This document shows, one piece after another, positions 9,843 through 20,324 of a stretch of 64,000 nucleotides of DNA (position 1 is its first letter; every line of letters begins with the position of its first letter). Source of the stretch: an uncultured Gammaproteobacteria bacterium (GTDB taxonomy: Bacteria > Patescibacteriota > Microgenomatia > Levybacterales > UBA12049); the NCBI GenBank assembly GCA_964457465.1, contig CAYWEJ010000001.1:17991-81990 (forward strand). The letters are read 5' to 3'. The position numbers were made by a program, and so were the translations under genes. The notes beneath the pieces were generated by a model. That model did not search any database and had not been told where the DNA came from. It saw nothing but the letters and a program-made list of their open reading frames with translations.

Positions 9843-10786
9843 AAGTAAGTATTGTTGTACCAAATTACAACGGAGAAAGTTTGATCAAAGAAAATCTCCC
9901 TTCAATAGTAAAAGCTCTTGTTTTTGCTCAGAAGAAAAATGAGATTCTTGGTGAATTAGTAATTGTGGATGACGCTTCATCTGATGGGAGTGTAATATTC
10001 CTAAAAGAGTTTCAGCATGAAACAAAGAGCATTGAAGTTATTGTTCACGTGAATGAGAAAAATAAAGGCTTTTCACCAACAGTAAATACTGGGGTTAGAA
10101 AGTCTACTGGTGATTTGGTGGTTTTACTTAATTCAGACGTGATACCAGATGAAGATTTTCTTATCCCTCTAATTGCGCATTTTGAAGATGAGAATGTCTT
10201 CGCAGTTGCTTGTATGGATAAAAGTATAGAAGATGGTAAGACTGTGTTGAGAGGTAGAGGGGTTGGCACGTGGAAAAGAGGTTTTCTTGCACATAAGCTA
10301 GGTGATTTAGATGCTAACAACACACTTTGGGCAAGTGGAGGAAGTAGTATGTTTGATAGGAAAAAATGGGACAAGCTTGGAGGTCTATGTGAGTTATATG
10401 CACCTTACTATTGGGAGGATATTGATCTTTCATATCGTGCATTGAAGGCAGGGTATAAAATACTCTTTGAAAAAAAGAGTACAGTCGTTCATAAACACGA
10501 AGAAGGGTCTATTAAGAAAAGTCAATCGAAAGGGAAGGTGAGCAAGATCGTAAATAGAAATCAACACATATTCACCTTACTCAACGCTACTGACAAAAAT
10601 ATTCTATATAGTTATTTTGTTAATTGTCCAATGCATTTTTTAGCTGCAATTAAGAATAATGATACCTCATATATTTTGGGTACTCTGATGACGATTAAGA
10701 TGATGCCAAAAATCCTTGAGTATAGAAAGAGAGTTCAGAAAATGGCTGTAGTGTCTGATGCTGGTGTTATTTCGCTATTTACTTAG
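9839..10786 (+). CDS. GT2 family glycosyltransferase
   Basis: 'VSIVVPNYNGESLI', 'VIVDDASSDGS' and 'YWEDIDLSYR' (DXD). Confidence 0.7.
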   Translation: MKVSIVVPNYNGESLIKENLPSIVKALVFAQKKNEILGELVIVDDASSDGSVIFLKEFQHETKSIEVIVHVNEKNKGFSPTVNTGVRKSTGDLVVLLNSDVIPDEDFLIPLIAHFEDENVFAVACMDKSIEDGKTVLRGRGVGTWKRGFLAHKLGDLDANNTLWASGGSSMFDRKKWDKLGGLCELYAPYYWEDIDLSYRALKAGYKILFEKKSTVVHKHEEGSIKKSQSKGKVSKIVNRNQHIFTLLNATDKNILYSYFVNCPMHFLAAIKNNDTSYILGTLMTIKMMPKILEYRKRVQKMAVVSDAGVISLFT

Positions 10787-12473
10787 TTCAATTAAAGTGA
10801 GTAAAAAAAGTTTTTCTTCATTTTTAAATACAAACTTTTTTCTGATTCTTGTATTCGCTTTATCTGCTTTTATTCGATTCTATCAAATAAGCCAAGTTCC
10901 AGTTTCACTTTATTGGGATGAGATTGCAGTGGGGTACAATGCATATTCTATTTTACATACAGGTAAAGACGAGTATGGCAACTATCTACCAGTTCTTTTT
11001 GAGTCATACCATGACCAGAAAATGCCATTATTTGTTTATCTATCCTCAGTTAGTATTGCCTTTTTTGGCCTAAATGAGTTTGCTGTTAGATTCCCATCTG
11101 CCATTTTTGGCCTTACTGGAATAGTTTTCTTATTTTTTCTTATTAAAGAATTAACAAATAAAGTTGAAAAAAGCAAATACTATCTTGCACTCTTATCAGC
11201 ATTTATTTTTTGTATTACTCCTTGGCATATCATTTTTTCTAGAACTGGTTTTGAGGCTAATTTTGCTTTAACGTTTTTACTATCAGGTTTATATTTTTTT
11301 GTTAGAGGTCTAAATAGATCTTTGTATTTTTTGCTGTCAGTTATTTGTTATGTTCTGGCATGTTATACCTATAGAAGCTCATTGCTATTTGCATCATGTA
11401 TCCTATTTTTTCTAATAATTTATTTCTATAAAGATTTAAGAAAAATTGATATCAAAAAGATTATTCTTTTGATACTATTCGCTACAATATTATTTTTACC
11501 ACTTGGACTAAATTTCATACAAAAAGGCGATGAGAGGTTTTCGCAAGTAAGTATTTTTTCCAATCAGAATGAATCAATTGCAACTAATGTAAGGAAGATA
11601 CAGGAGAGTGGTAATTCATTTATTGCAAAAGCTCTTTTTAATAGAAGGATGGTATATGTAAATCAGTTTTTAACAGGGTATTTTTCTCATTTCAAACCTG
11701 ATTTTCTTTTCTCTGCAGGGGATGGGAACCCCCGTCATGGGGTAAAAGGAATGGGAGTCCTATATTACTGGCAGTTGCCCTTCATTTTGATAGGTATTTG
11801 GTATTTTTTGAAACATGATAGAAAGCTGAGTATTATTATGTTTGGTTGGCTTGCAATCTCTCCAATTTCGTCAAGTTTTGCTGTTCCCACACCGCATGCG
11901 TTGAGAGCTTTACCAATGGTTATTCCATTTGCAGTTTTTACCGCTGGAGGAATAATTTGTATACTCCAAATCTTAAAAAGTGAGAGAAATAAATATCTAT
12001 TTGGGATAGTTTTATTTTTTGTAATAATTCTTAATTTGTCTTTTTTTGTTAAACATTATTACATTCAAAACACAGAAATTGCGAATAACCAGTGGGGTGA
12101 TGGATACAAGCAGCTTGTAGTTGAGGTTGCAAATTTGAGCGACAAATACGATAAAGTTGTTGTTTCTGGACATTATTGGCAACCATATGCATACTTTCTC
12201 TTTTATTTAAAATATGATCCTGTTCTATATCAAAAAAATGGATCATCAGTGTCATTTGATAAATATATATTTGGTGGAACTGACTGGGACAAAAGTGTTG
12301 GAAGGGCTGAATTGAACGATGTCGATCTTAGAAGTTATGCAAACAACGCTAAAAAAATACTTGTTGCATTATCTCCTGCTGAATACCTCACACAAGTAAG
12401 TCATGTTATACCGATTAAAAATATAAAAAACCATAAAGGCGAAGTTGTTTTTATATTGGCTCAAGTAAATTAA
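10758..12473 (+). CDS. ArnT/PMT-like GT-C glycosyltransferase, paralog 2 (start may instead be the in-frame GTG at 10797)
   Basis: 'VSLYWDEIAVGYNAYSIL', 'CITPWHIIFSRTGFEANF' and a C-terminal 'FLFYLKYDPVLYQ'. The ORF-track start overlaps the upstream gene by 29 nt. Confidence 0.6.
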   Translation: MLVLFRYLLSSIKVSKKSFSSFLNTNFFLILVFALSAFIRFYQISQVPVSLYWDEIAVGYNAYSILHTGKDEYGNYLPVLFESYHDQKMPLFVYLSSVSIAFFGLNEFAVRFPSAIFGLTGIVFLFFLIKELTNKVEKSKYYLALLSAFIFCITPWHIIFSRTGFEANFALTFLLSGLYFFVRGLNRSLYFLLSVICYVLACYTYRSSLLFASCILFFLIIYFYKDLRKIDIKKIILLILFATILFLPLGLNFIQKGDERFSQVSIFSNQNESIATNVRKIQESGNSFIAKALFNRRMVYVNQFLTGYFSHFKPDFLFSAGDGNPRHGVKGMGVLYYWQLPFILIGIWYFLKHDRKLSIIMFGWLAISPISSSFAVPTPHALRALPMVIPFAVFTAGGIICILQILKSERNKYLFGIVLFFVIILNLSFFVKHYYIQNTEIANNQWGDGYKQLVVEVANLSDKYDKVVVSGHYWQPYAYFLFYLKYDPVLYQKNGSSVSFDKYIFGGTDWDKSVGRAELNDVDLRSYANNAKKILVALSPAEYLTQVSHVIPIKNIKNHKGEVVFILAQVN

Positions 12474-12494
12474 TTATTGGTATACTGAAATTGT

Positions 12495-14117
12495 ATGAGA
12501 AAAAATCTTTTGATATTGTTGTTGATTCTCAGTCTTGGAGCTTTCTTAAGATTTTGGAATCTGACAAAAGTCCCCCCAAGCCTTTATTGGGACGAAGTAT
12601 CTCAAGCATATAATGCATATTCAATATTAGAAACAGGGAAAGATGAGCACCAGGAGAGAATGCCGCTTGCCAGATTTCAGGCATTTGGTGATTATAAAGC
12701 ACCAGTAAACATATATCTTACTGTGGTTTCCATAGCATTTTTTGGGAAAAATGATTTCTCAGTAAGATTTCCTTCTGCTTTTTTAGGGACATTATCTATA
12801 GCTTTCGTTTTTTTGTTAGTTAAGTATCTTTTTAGTTCTGTCAAACATAAAGAGATAATTGCACTTGTTGCATCGTTTTTGCTTGCCATATCTCCTTGGC
12901 ATATCCAATTGTCAAGAGCAGCATTTGAAGGAAATGTTGCAACATTTTTTACTATTGCAGCGCTCTCTTTTTTCTTTATAGCTATAAGGAAAAGCATGTG
13001 GTTTATTTTGCCATGTATTTTTTGTTTTGTTATCGCGTTTTATTCTTTTAATGCGCATAGAGTATTTATTCCGCTTTTTGTTATTTTCTTAGGGGTGTTG
13101 TATTGGAAGAATTTACTTGAGAAGAAAAAAATTGTTGTTTTTGGAATTGTTGCTGGTTTTATGCTACTCCTCCCATTTGCAAATTTTTTCCGTTCTCCTG
13201 AAAGTAAGCTCCGATTTAACGAAGTGAATATATTTACTGATATTGGTGTAATTCAACAATCCAACAATCTTAATGCCCACAATAGCTCGCTTATTGGGAA
13301 AATTATTGACAACAGGAGAGTGCTTTATGGACAGTCCTTTCTTAAGCATTATTTTGATTTTTTTGATCCTAGATATCTTTTTATTACTGGTGATATTAAC
13401 CCAAGATTTTCAGATCAATTTAATGGTGAGTTATATTTGTGGGTTTTACCTCTATTTTGTTTCGGAGCATATACACTGTATGTACTTCGAAGTAAAGAAA
13501 CCTTTCTTATTGTCGCATGGTTATTCTTGGCTCCAGTGGCTGCGGCCACAGCAAGAGAGACGCCACATGCACTTAGGAGTGAGACATTTATTCCTGTGTT
13601 TGAAATAGTGGCCTCTGTTGGAGCAGCAACTATTTTTTTGTATTTTAAAAAGAAGAAAAAAATTTATACGGCTTTATTAACAGGAGCTATGTGCGTTGTA
13701 TTATTTTCTCTTTATTCCTTTTTACATAATTATTTTATTCATAATCCGAAAATTAATTCTTATGACTGGCAGTATGGCTACAAGGAAGTAGTTGAATACA
13801 CAGAAAGTATTAAAAACGATTACGATAGAATTTATTTCAGCAATATATATGGTAGACCTTCAATATATATTGCATGGTATGGCAATATAAAACCAGAGGA
13901 ATACTGGAAAGAGGCTCATATGACTAAAGATTTTGTAGGTTTTTTTAATACTTCACAACTTGGAAAGTATTATTTTGTTAATCAACCTCCAAAGGAGATT
14001 TCTTCAAAGACGCTTATCATAATGGAACCTTCAAAAATTCCTGAAAATGTTAAGATTCTTAAAGAAGTTGATTTTTTAAACGGTGAGCCAGCGTTCATTG
14101 TTGCAAAAGGCTTATGA
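12495..14117 (+). CDS. ArnT/PMT-like GT-C glycosyltransferase, paralog 3
   Basis: 'PSLYWDEVSQAYNAYSIL' and 'AISPWHIQLSRAAFEGNV'. Roughly 40-50% identical to the neighbouring paralogs, estimated by eye. Confidence 0.65.
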   Translation: MRKNLLILLLILSLGAFLRFWNLTKVPPSLYWDEVSQAYNAYSILETGKDEHQERMPLARFQAFGDYKAPVNIYLTVVSIAFFGKNDFSVRFPSAFLGTLSIAFVFLLVKYLFSSVKHKEIIALVASFLLAISPWHIQLSRAAFEGNVATFFTIAALSFFFIAIRKSMWFILPCIFCFVIAFYSFNAHRVFIPLFVIFLGVLYWKNLLEKKKIVVFGIVAGFMLLLPFANFFRSPESKLRFNEVNIFTDIGVIQQSNNLNAHNSSLIGKIIDNRRVLYGQSFLKHYFDFFDPRYLFITGDINPRFSDQFNGELYLWVLPLFCFGAYTLYVLRSKETFLIVAWLFLAPVAAATARETPHALRSETFIPVFEIVASVGAATIFLYFKKKKKIYTALLTGAMCVVLFSLYSFLHNYFIHNPKINSYDWQYGYKEVVEYTESIKNDYDRIYFSNIYGRPSIYIAWYGNIKPEEYWKEAHMTKDFVGFFNTSQLGKYYFVNQPPKEISSKTLIIMEPSKIPENVKILKEVDFLNGEPAFIVAKGL

Positions 14118-15715
14118 GAAAAAGCATTTTATTACTTTCTATTATTATACTTCTTGGTTTTTTCTTAAGGTTTTATCATATTGGCTCAGTGCCACCTTCT
14201 CTTAATTGGGATGAGGCATCAATTGGCTACAATGCATTCTCAATTCTAAACACCGGAAAAGATGAGTATGGAAAGCTTTTCCCGCTTACATTCCAATCCT
14301 TCGGTGATTTTAAGCAACCGGTATATATTTACTTAACGACAATTCCAATTTTATTTTTTGGACTAAATGAGATATCTGTAAGAATGCCATCTGCACTTTT
14401 GGGTTCTGTGAGCATCATCTTCGTCTTTCTGCTGGTTAAGGAGCTTTTTTACAACTCTAAAAGCAAACAATATTATGCACTAATTAGTGCTATATTGTAC
14501 GCATTTTCTCCTTGGTCTATACAATTTAGTAGATTTGCCTCGGAAGCAAATGTTGGCATATGTTTTATCATTGCTGGAGTTTTTTTCTTTCTTTATGCAG
14601 TAAGAAGAAACAAGCTTGGATATCTCCTTGTTGCTGACATGCTTTTTGTTTTAAGTATTTATACTTACCATAGCCAAAAGATTTTTACACCATTACTCAT
14701 TGGAGTTCTTTTTCTTAGTCATTATAAATATTTTTTAAAGAGTTGGTCAAAAGCAGTTATATTCATAATCTGCTTTGTTTTTTTGAATTTATTTTGGATT
14801 ATAGACCCATCCGCAACAGCTAGAGGAAAGAGCGTTTTATTTACTTCAGAGCAAACTCAGTTGTTAGAAAGCCCAATTAAGTATGAGTTGGAAGATAGGA
14901 ACAATGAAGATATACTTGGCTCTTTTTTGCATAATCGTCGAATAGTTTACGCAAAAACATTTTTAAATAACTATCTATCACATTTTAGTCCCACCTTCTT
15001 GTTTATAAATGGTGATAATGCAAGACATCATGCTCCATATATGGGTGTTGAGTATTTGGTAAGTTTCCCTTTTCTTATCGTCGGCATACTGTATCTGTGG
15101 AAGAATTATCGTCATCAAGCAAAAATAATTACCATTTGGATATTAATTGCTCCGATCACTTCTTCATTAGCAATTGACTCACCAAACGCTATTAGGAGCA
15201 TGATGTTTTTACCTGTCATTCAAATTTGTGTAGCGCTTGGGATTTGGAATTTCTATAGTGTTAAAAAAGAAAATATGAAAAGAGTCGTTCTAGTAGCTAT
15301 CTCACTTTTGTACATATCAAATGTAATATATTATGCTCATCAGTATTTTGATAATACAAATCTTCTGTATGCCAGATACTGGCAGTTTGGCTATAGAGAT
15401 GGAGTAAAATATGCCAACTCAGTTCAGGATAGTAAGGTGTTTTTTGCTTCTGACGTGGAACAGGCGTATATCTTTTATCTTTTTTATTCAAAGAAAGATC
15501 CAAGTACTTATTTAAGAAATGGGGGTTCAAAAATAACAAAAGGAGATTGTTACCAGATAGAAAATAGTTACTTTGGAGATTGTAGCAAGTATTTTGATAG
15601 CGGATATTTTGTTTCGTCAAAGCCGTTACCTTCTAACTTAGTTATGCAGGGCAGGGATGATATTCTATTTCCCGATAAAACTGTGGCACTTTCTATTTAT
15701 CAATTTAAAAAATAG
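14114..15715 (+). CDS. ArnT/PMT-like GT-C glycosyltransferase, paralog 4
   Basis: 'PSLNWDEASIGYNAFSIL' and 'AFSPWSIQFSRFASEANV'. ATGA overlap with paralog 3. Confidence 0.65.
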   Translation: MRKSILLLSIIILLGFFLRFYHIGSVPPSLNWDEASIGYNAFSILNTGKDEYGKLFPLTFQSFGDFKQPVYIYLTTIPILFFGLNEISVRMPSALLGSVSIIFVFLLVKELFYNSKSKQYYALISAILYAFSPWSIQFSRFASEANVGICFIIAGVFFFLYAVRRNKLGYLLVADMLFVLSIYTYHSQKIFTPLLIGVLFLSHYKYFLKSWSKAVIFIICFVFLNLFWIIDPSATARGKSVLFTSEQTQLLESPIKYELEDRNNEDILGSFLHNRRIVYAKTFLNNYLSHFSPTFLFINGDNARHHAPYMGVEYLVSFPFLIVGILYLWKNYRHQAKIITIWILIAPITSSLAIDSPNAIRSMMFLPVIQICVALGIWNFYSVKKENMKRVVLVAISLLYISNVIYYAHQYFDNTNLLYARYWQFGYRDGVKYANSVQDSKVFFASDVEQAYIFYLFYSKKDPSTYLRNGGSKITKGDCYQIENSYFGDCSKYFDSGYFVSSKPLPSNLVMQGRDDILFPDKTVALSIYQFKK

Positions 15716-15767
15716 AAACCCTGTTGCAAGTTGTAAAATAAGTCATATACAATCGTATGTATTATTG

Positions 15768-17501
15768 ATGAACAAGGCTAAGCGTTTCATTAAGGGAATA
15801 TACAGGTGGTTGGGAAAGAATGATCATGCCATTCTCTCTCTCTTTTTCGTTATAGTGCTAGCTATCCTCCTGGTAAATGCTTTTCATGAGGAGTATCCAG
15901 ATGAATTCGATAATATTTTAGGTGGTTGGTATATTATTCATGGTATTCCGATCTACAAAGGTTTTTTTACCCATCATGGACCTGTAGCATATATAATTTC
16001 TGCAATTATCGAATTATTTACTCGAAATTCTTTTGTAGCATTTCGTGTTTTATTTGCATGTGCAATTTTTGCCCAACTTCTTTGGTCTTATGTATATATA
16101 AGAAAGAAAATTGGTAAAGATAGAAGTTTGTTCTATCTAGCTTTCATTGGGATAATCTCTCTTGCTGGAAATTATTATTGGTTACATATGCTTCTTGCTG
16201 ATACAATTTCTGCATATTTTCTTGCTCCTGTAATAACAATCCTTCTTGTTACAAGCTTTTATAAAATTAGCTTAACTCGAAAAGATTTGATAGTCGTATC
16301 GATTCTAACATCTCTTACTGTATTAAGTTCTTTAACATTTCTTTTCCTATCCCTCATAATTTATTGTTATGCTTTTTACTATTATTTACGATGTAACCAT
16401 ATTCATATCTTTTCAAGAAAGTCATTACAAGCTCTCTTAATTTTTTTAGGTCCATACATTCTATTTTTCATATATTTATTTGCATCATCTAGTATAAAAG
16501 AGTATCTCTATCAGGGTTGGGTATTCAATCAAAAGTATTATATATATAATTACCCACGTCCAGATGGGATAACAAGAATTAATCCTGTTAGATTTGCTAT
16601 CGTAATTGCCAACACATTTTATAATAGCTACTTCACCTTACTTGAGCAAGTTAAAACACTTAATATTGGTTTTCCTTTAAACATCACATTAGCCTCTGGT
16701 ACATTTGGTACTGTGATATATTGTTTTATTAAAAAAAGATACATCTTTGGATTAACTTTTTTTACGTTTTTAGCTTACGCAAATGCAAGAAGTGAACCTC
16801 TTCACTCAAAAGAAACAGACTATCAGTCTGCAGTCTATATTATGATTGCTTTTGTAGTAATACCTTTTATTCTTATAGAAATTTTTCGAAAACTTGATAA
16901 CGATAAGAGATTTGGTGCAAATATTATTTCTATACTTCTTTTTATAGTTATTGGGTTTTATTCTCTGTTCTCCTCGCTTTTTCTTTTCCAAAAGTTTTTT
17001 AATAGAACCTATGAAAAATATATGGGTTATGCTTCATTAATTTATGATAGGCCTGAAATAGCACCAATTATTAACAAGATCGTGGCTGTAAATGAGCCTG
17101 TATGGATTGGACCTTTTGAATTTAAGGAACTTTTCTATACCCATGGCAAACCAGCTTCGAAATATCACATCTTTATTCCAGGAATGGGTTATTCTCCTGA
17201 AATCAGAAGCAAATTTATAGCAGAACTCGAGAAGAACAAGCCTTCAGTTGTTTACTTTCAAAAGACATTTTTTATTTTAGGAAGAAGTCCAGAGATGTAC
17301 GGGCAATTTTTTCTTGACTACTTAGATTCACATTATGTTTTACTTATGGACTATAAGGAAAACGGAATAAGATATAGGTCGCTAGTTCCAAGGTCAGGAA
17401 GGGTTGATCTTGAAGGAAGGCTATATATAAGAAAAGAAAATGTAAAAGAGACTATAAATAAAATGCTTAGTCAAAAATTAATAGTTGCTTCTCCTGAGTA
17501 G
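15768..17501 (+). CDS. polytopic membrane protein (GT-C-like candidate) with a soluble C-terminal domain
   Basis: In-frame ATG after the upstream stop. The first loop has acidic 'EEYPDEFDN', followed by about 12 or more TM helices and a roughly 130-aa hydrophilic C-terminus. Confidence 0.4.
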   Translation: MNKAKRFIKGIYRWLGKNDHAILSLFFVIVLAILLVNAFHEEYPDEFDNILGGWYIIHGIPIYKGFFTHHGPVAYIISAIIELFTRNSFVAFRVLFACAIFAQLLWSYVYIRKKIGKDRSLFYLAFIGIISLAGNYYWLHMLLADTISAYFLAPVITILLVTSFYKISLTRKDLIVVSILTSLTVLSSLTFLFLSLIIYCYAFYYYLRCNHIHIFSRKSLQALLIFLGPYILFFIYLFASSSIKEYLYQGWVFNQKYYIYNYPRPDGITRINPVRFAIVIANTFYNSYFTLLEQVKTLNIGFPLNITLASGTFGTVIYCFIKKRYIFGLTFFTFLAYANARSEPLHSKETDYQSAVYIMIAFVVIPFILIEIFRKLDNDKRFGANIISILLFIVIGFYSLFSSLFLFQKFFNRTYEKYMGYASLIYDRPEIAPIINKIVAVNEPVWIGPFEFKELFYTHGKPASKYHIFIPGMGYSPEIRSKFIAELEKNKPSVVYFQKTFFILGRSPEMYGQFFLDYLDSHYVLLMDYKENGIRYRSLVPRSGRVDLEGRLYIRKENVKETINKMLSQKLIVASPE

Positions 17502-17504
17502 AAT

Positions 17505-19514
17505 ATGGATCATTTTTCATTTTTAAGTATTTATTTCCCAATTTATTTAATTATTTTTTGTTTTTCAATCTTCTTTTCTTTTTATTTACCAGGAGAGCTT
17601 TTTTTCAGACATAAAAAAATAGACCCTTGCACTAGAGTACTTCTTTCTATAGTTATTGGTATAGTTCTGTGGGGTTTTCAGGGATATATTTTTGGCTATC
17701 TTCATATTCGTTTTTTAACATATGTCTATATTGCGATCATTGTTTATGTATCATTAAGGAAAAAAATAATTACATCCGAGAGATATAAAGAGATCTATAG
17801 TTTGCTTAAAAAGAACAAGCTAGGAGTTTTGTTCGTTGGTATTTGTATAATGCTACAGCTGGTTCCAATTTTTAGCTCAGGAATGCTATATGATGATGGA
17901 GTTAGATTTGTTGGCGTTAACTCAACTGATGGGGTTATGCATTTAGCTTTTATACAAAGTATGACGCATTATTTTCCACCTGTTGAGCCTGGATCGTTTT
18001 CAAACCCACTCACAAATTATCACTACTGGTCAGATTTAATTATGTCTGAAATAGCAAGGATATGGAGAATACCAGTATCCAGTATTTTCTTTCAGTTTTT
18101 CCCTTTAGTTTTATCAGCTCTTACGTCAATAGCGGCCTATCAGCTCGTTCGTAAGCTCGGATTTTCCTCGAAAGCAGGTTATGCTTCGGTTTTTTTACTT
18201 TTCTTTGGAGGAGATTTAACCTATCTTTTGATGTTTTTTGTTAGGCATACTGTATCTTTTTCAACGCCTGGTATTGATAACGGAGTGACTCAGTTCCTAA
18301 ATATGCCTAATGCATTCGCCAGGCCTATTTTCATAACTGGGGTAATAACACTTTTGTTTTGGCTTAAAGAAAAAAGTCCAAAGTGGGGAATAGCAACTAT
18401 TTTAATTTTCGCAAGTCTTTTTGGAGTTAAAATATACTACGGAATTTTTGTCTTCATCGGTATGACTTTTATTTTACTTTATAAAGCTATTCAAATAGTA
18501 GCGAATAAAAAAATAAATATACAAAAAATATTTTGGGAATTGTATCACGATAATTTTTTTATACTATATTTCCTCTTTATCTTTATTTCTTTTTTAATAT
18601 ATTTTCCTCCCAACAAAATGTCAGGAGGCCTTGGATGGTACCCTCTAGAGTGGCCTAAAATTTTTTTGGGAGCAGACGTACTTAATTGGGGAGATTGGTG
18701 GAATAGACATCTCGTCTATGAACAGGCACATAATATTAAAGGAATAATATTTCTCGATAGTATAGCTATTTTGATAGCGTTGCTATCGATCCATGGGACA
18801 AGACTTTTAGGAATTTTTTCATCTATTAGTATTAAAAGAAAAAGTGGTTTTGCAATGTTTTTATTCATTGTTCCTGGGATACTTATTTTTCATATTCTTG
18901 GTCTATTCACACTGCAATCATCTGGTGGGTTAAATGTCTTTAATTTTTTTGTAGTAAGCACAGTATTATTAAGTATTATGCTTGGTGTGATGGTGGATAC
19001 TTTCCCGATCAAAAGCAAAATAGTTAAAGTACTTTTTTTTATTCTTGTTGTAGGACTTACTGTTCCAAGGGCGATATCAGAGTTGGTTGGATATTCAGAT
19101 TCATCTGTCAACCCAAAAAAATATCATTTAATCTCAAATGACGAGGTACAAGCTTTTGAATATATTAAGAAAAATACTCATATTGGCGACATCGTGCAGT
19201 CGCATCCTGCAAATCCAGTCGAGGCTGATACTCCCTATGTGTCTTTTTTTACTGATAGACCGTCTTATTTGTCAGGTGTAAGGTTGCAAATAACGCATAA
19301 TCAACCAATTGAGAAGAGGAGTGAGATGCTTCAGTCACTTTTTTCATCAACTGATTCCCCAACTTTTTTTGCGAAGTCGAATGAGTTGGATATAAAAATA
19401 TTCTATCTACAGAAAAAAGCTGAGCAAAGGTTAAAATTCAACCCAGACAAAAATTTAATTATTCCAATTTTTGAAAATAATTCTACTTTAGTATATAAAA
19501 TTTCTGACAATTAG
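17505..19514 (+). CDS. polytopic membrane protein (GT-C-like candidate) with a C-terminal extracytoplasmic domain
   Basis: 669 aa. Contains 'LYDDGVRFVGVNSTDGVMHLAFIQSM', many TM helices and a roughly 150-aa C-terminal soluble region. Confidence 0.4.
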   Translation: MDHFSFLSIYFPIYLIIFCFSIFFSFYLPGELFFRHKKIDPCTRVLLSIVIGIVLWGFQGYIFGYLHIRFLTYVYIAIIVYVSLRKKIITSERYKEIYSLLKKNKLGVLFVGICIMLQLVPIFSSGMLYDDGVRFVGVNSTDGVMHLAFIQSMTHYFPPVEPGSFSNPLTNYHYWSDLIMSEIARIWRIPVSSIFFQFFPLVLSALTSIAAYQLVRKLGFSSKAGYASVFLLFFGGDLTYLLMFFVRHTVSFSTPGIDNGVTQFLNMPNAFARPIFITGVITLLFWLKEKSPKWGIATILIFASLFGVKIYYGIFVFIGMTFILLYKAIQIVANKKINIQKIFWELYHDNFFILYFLFIFISFLIYFPPNKMSGGLGWYPLEWPKIFLGADVLNWGDWWNRHLVYEQAHNIKGIIFLDSIAILIALLSIHGTRLLGIFSSISIKRKSGFAMFLFIVPGILIFHILGLFTLQSSGGLNVFNFFVVSTVLLSIMLGVMVDTFPIKSKIVKVLFFILVVGLTVPRAISELVGYSDSSVNPKKYHLISNDEVQAFEYIKKNTHIGDIVQSHPANPVEADTPYVSFFTDRPSYLSGVRLQITHNQPIEKRSEMLQSLFSSTDSPTFFAKSNELDIKIFYLQKKAEQRLKFNPDKNLIIPIFENNSTLVYKISDN

Positions 19515-19555
19515 CTCTCCTAGAAATAATATGTTCAATTCTCTACAATAAAACT

Positions 19556-20323
19556 ATGCAAACAATCTCTGTAGCATTGGCAACTTTTAATGAAGAAAAG
19601 AATATCTCTAAATGCTTAAGTTCAGTTAAAAGCTTTGCAGACGAAATTATTATTGTAGACGGAACCTCAAGTGACAGAACGGTAGAAGTTGCTAAGTCCT
19701 TTGGGGCAAAAGTTTTTATTGTTGAAAATAAGCAAAATTTTCATATTAATAAGCAAATTGCTATTGATAAAGCTACAAAAGATTGGATTCTTCAGTTGGA
19801 TGCAGATGAAATAGTTTCGTCTGATTTAAAAAAGGAGATTCTTGAAAAAACTAATATAGAAAATAATGAATATTCAGGCTACTGGATTCCAAGAAAGAAT
19901 TGGTTTTTAGGAAGATTTTTAACAAAAGGTGGACAGTATCCTGACTATACATTGAGACTTTATAAAAGAGGTAAAGGGAGTCTTCCTCAGAAGGATGTTC
20001 ATGAGCAAGCTGTTGTTGATGGAAAAACACAATATATGACTTGCGACTTACTGCATTATCCATATGAAGATTTCACACATTATTTTAAAAAATGGGTTCG
20101 TTATGTTAGTTTGACTTCAGTTCAATTAAGATCCAAGCCAGGCTTATGGAACCTAAGAAATGTAATAAGTTATCTATTGGTATTGCCATGTTATTGGTTT
20201 CTTTTAATTTTTGTTAGACATAAAGGTTTTTATGATTCATGGCAAGGATTTGTATTTGCTTTTTTCTCTGCGTTTAGGTACCCAGCTTCTTACATAAAAG
20301 CAATTTTCATTAATAGAAAGTAA
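19556..20323 (+). CDS. GT2 family glycosyltransferase (paralog of 5502-6251)
   Basis: 'ISVALATFNEEKNISKCL', 'IIVDGTSSDRTVEVAKSFGAKV' and 'QLDADEIV'. Confidence 0.7.
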   Translation: MQTISVALATFNEEKNISKCLSSVKSFADEIIIVDGTSSDRTVEVAKSFGAKVFIVENKQNFHINKQIAIDKATKDWILQLDADEIVSSDLKKEILEKTNIENNEYSGYWIPRKNWFLGRFLTKGGQYPDYTLRLYKRGKGSLPQKDVHEQAVVDGKTQYMTCDLLHYPYEDFTHYFKKWVRYVSLTSVQLRSKPGLWNLRNVISYLLVLPCYWFLLIFVRHKGFYDSWQGFVFAFFSAFRYPASYIKAIFINRK

Positions 20324-20324
20324 G

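Noticed and set aside
10758-10797. 29-nt overlap of the ArnT-like paralog 2 with the upstream GT2, considered as evidence of a mis-assembly.
   Set aside because: An in-frame GTG at 10797, 10 nt after the upstream stop, gives an N-terminus of similar length to the other paralogs. The start was simply over-extended in the ORF track.
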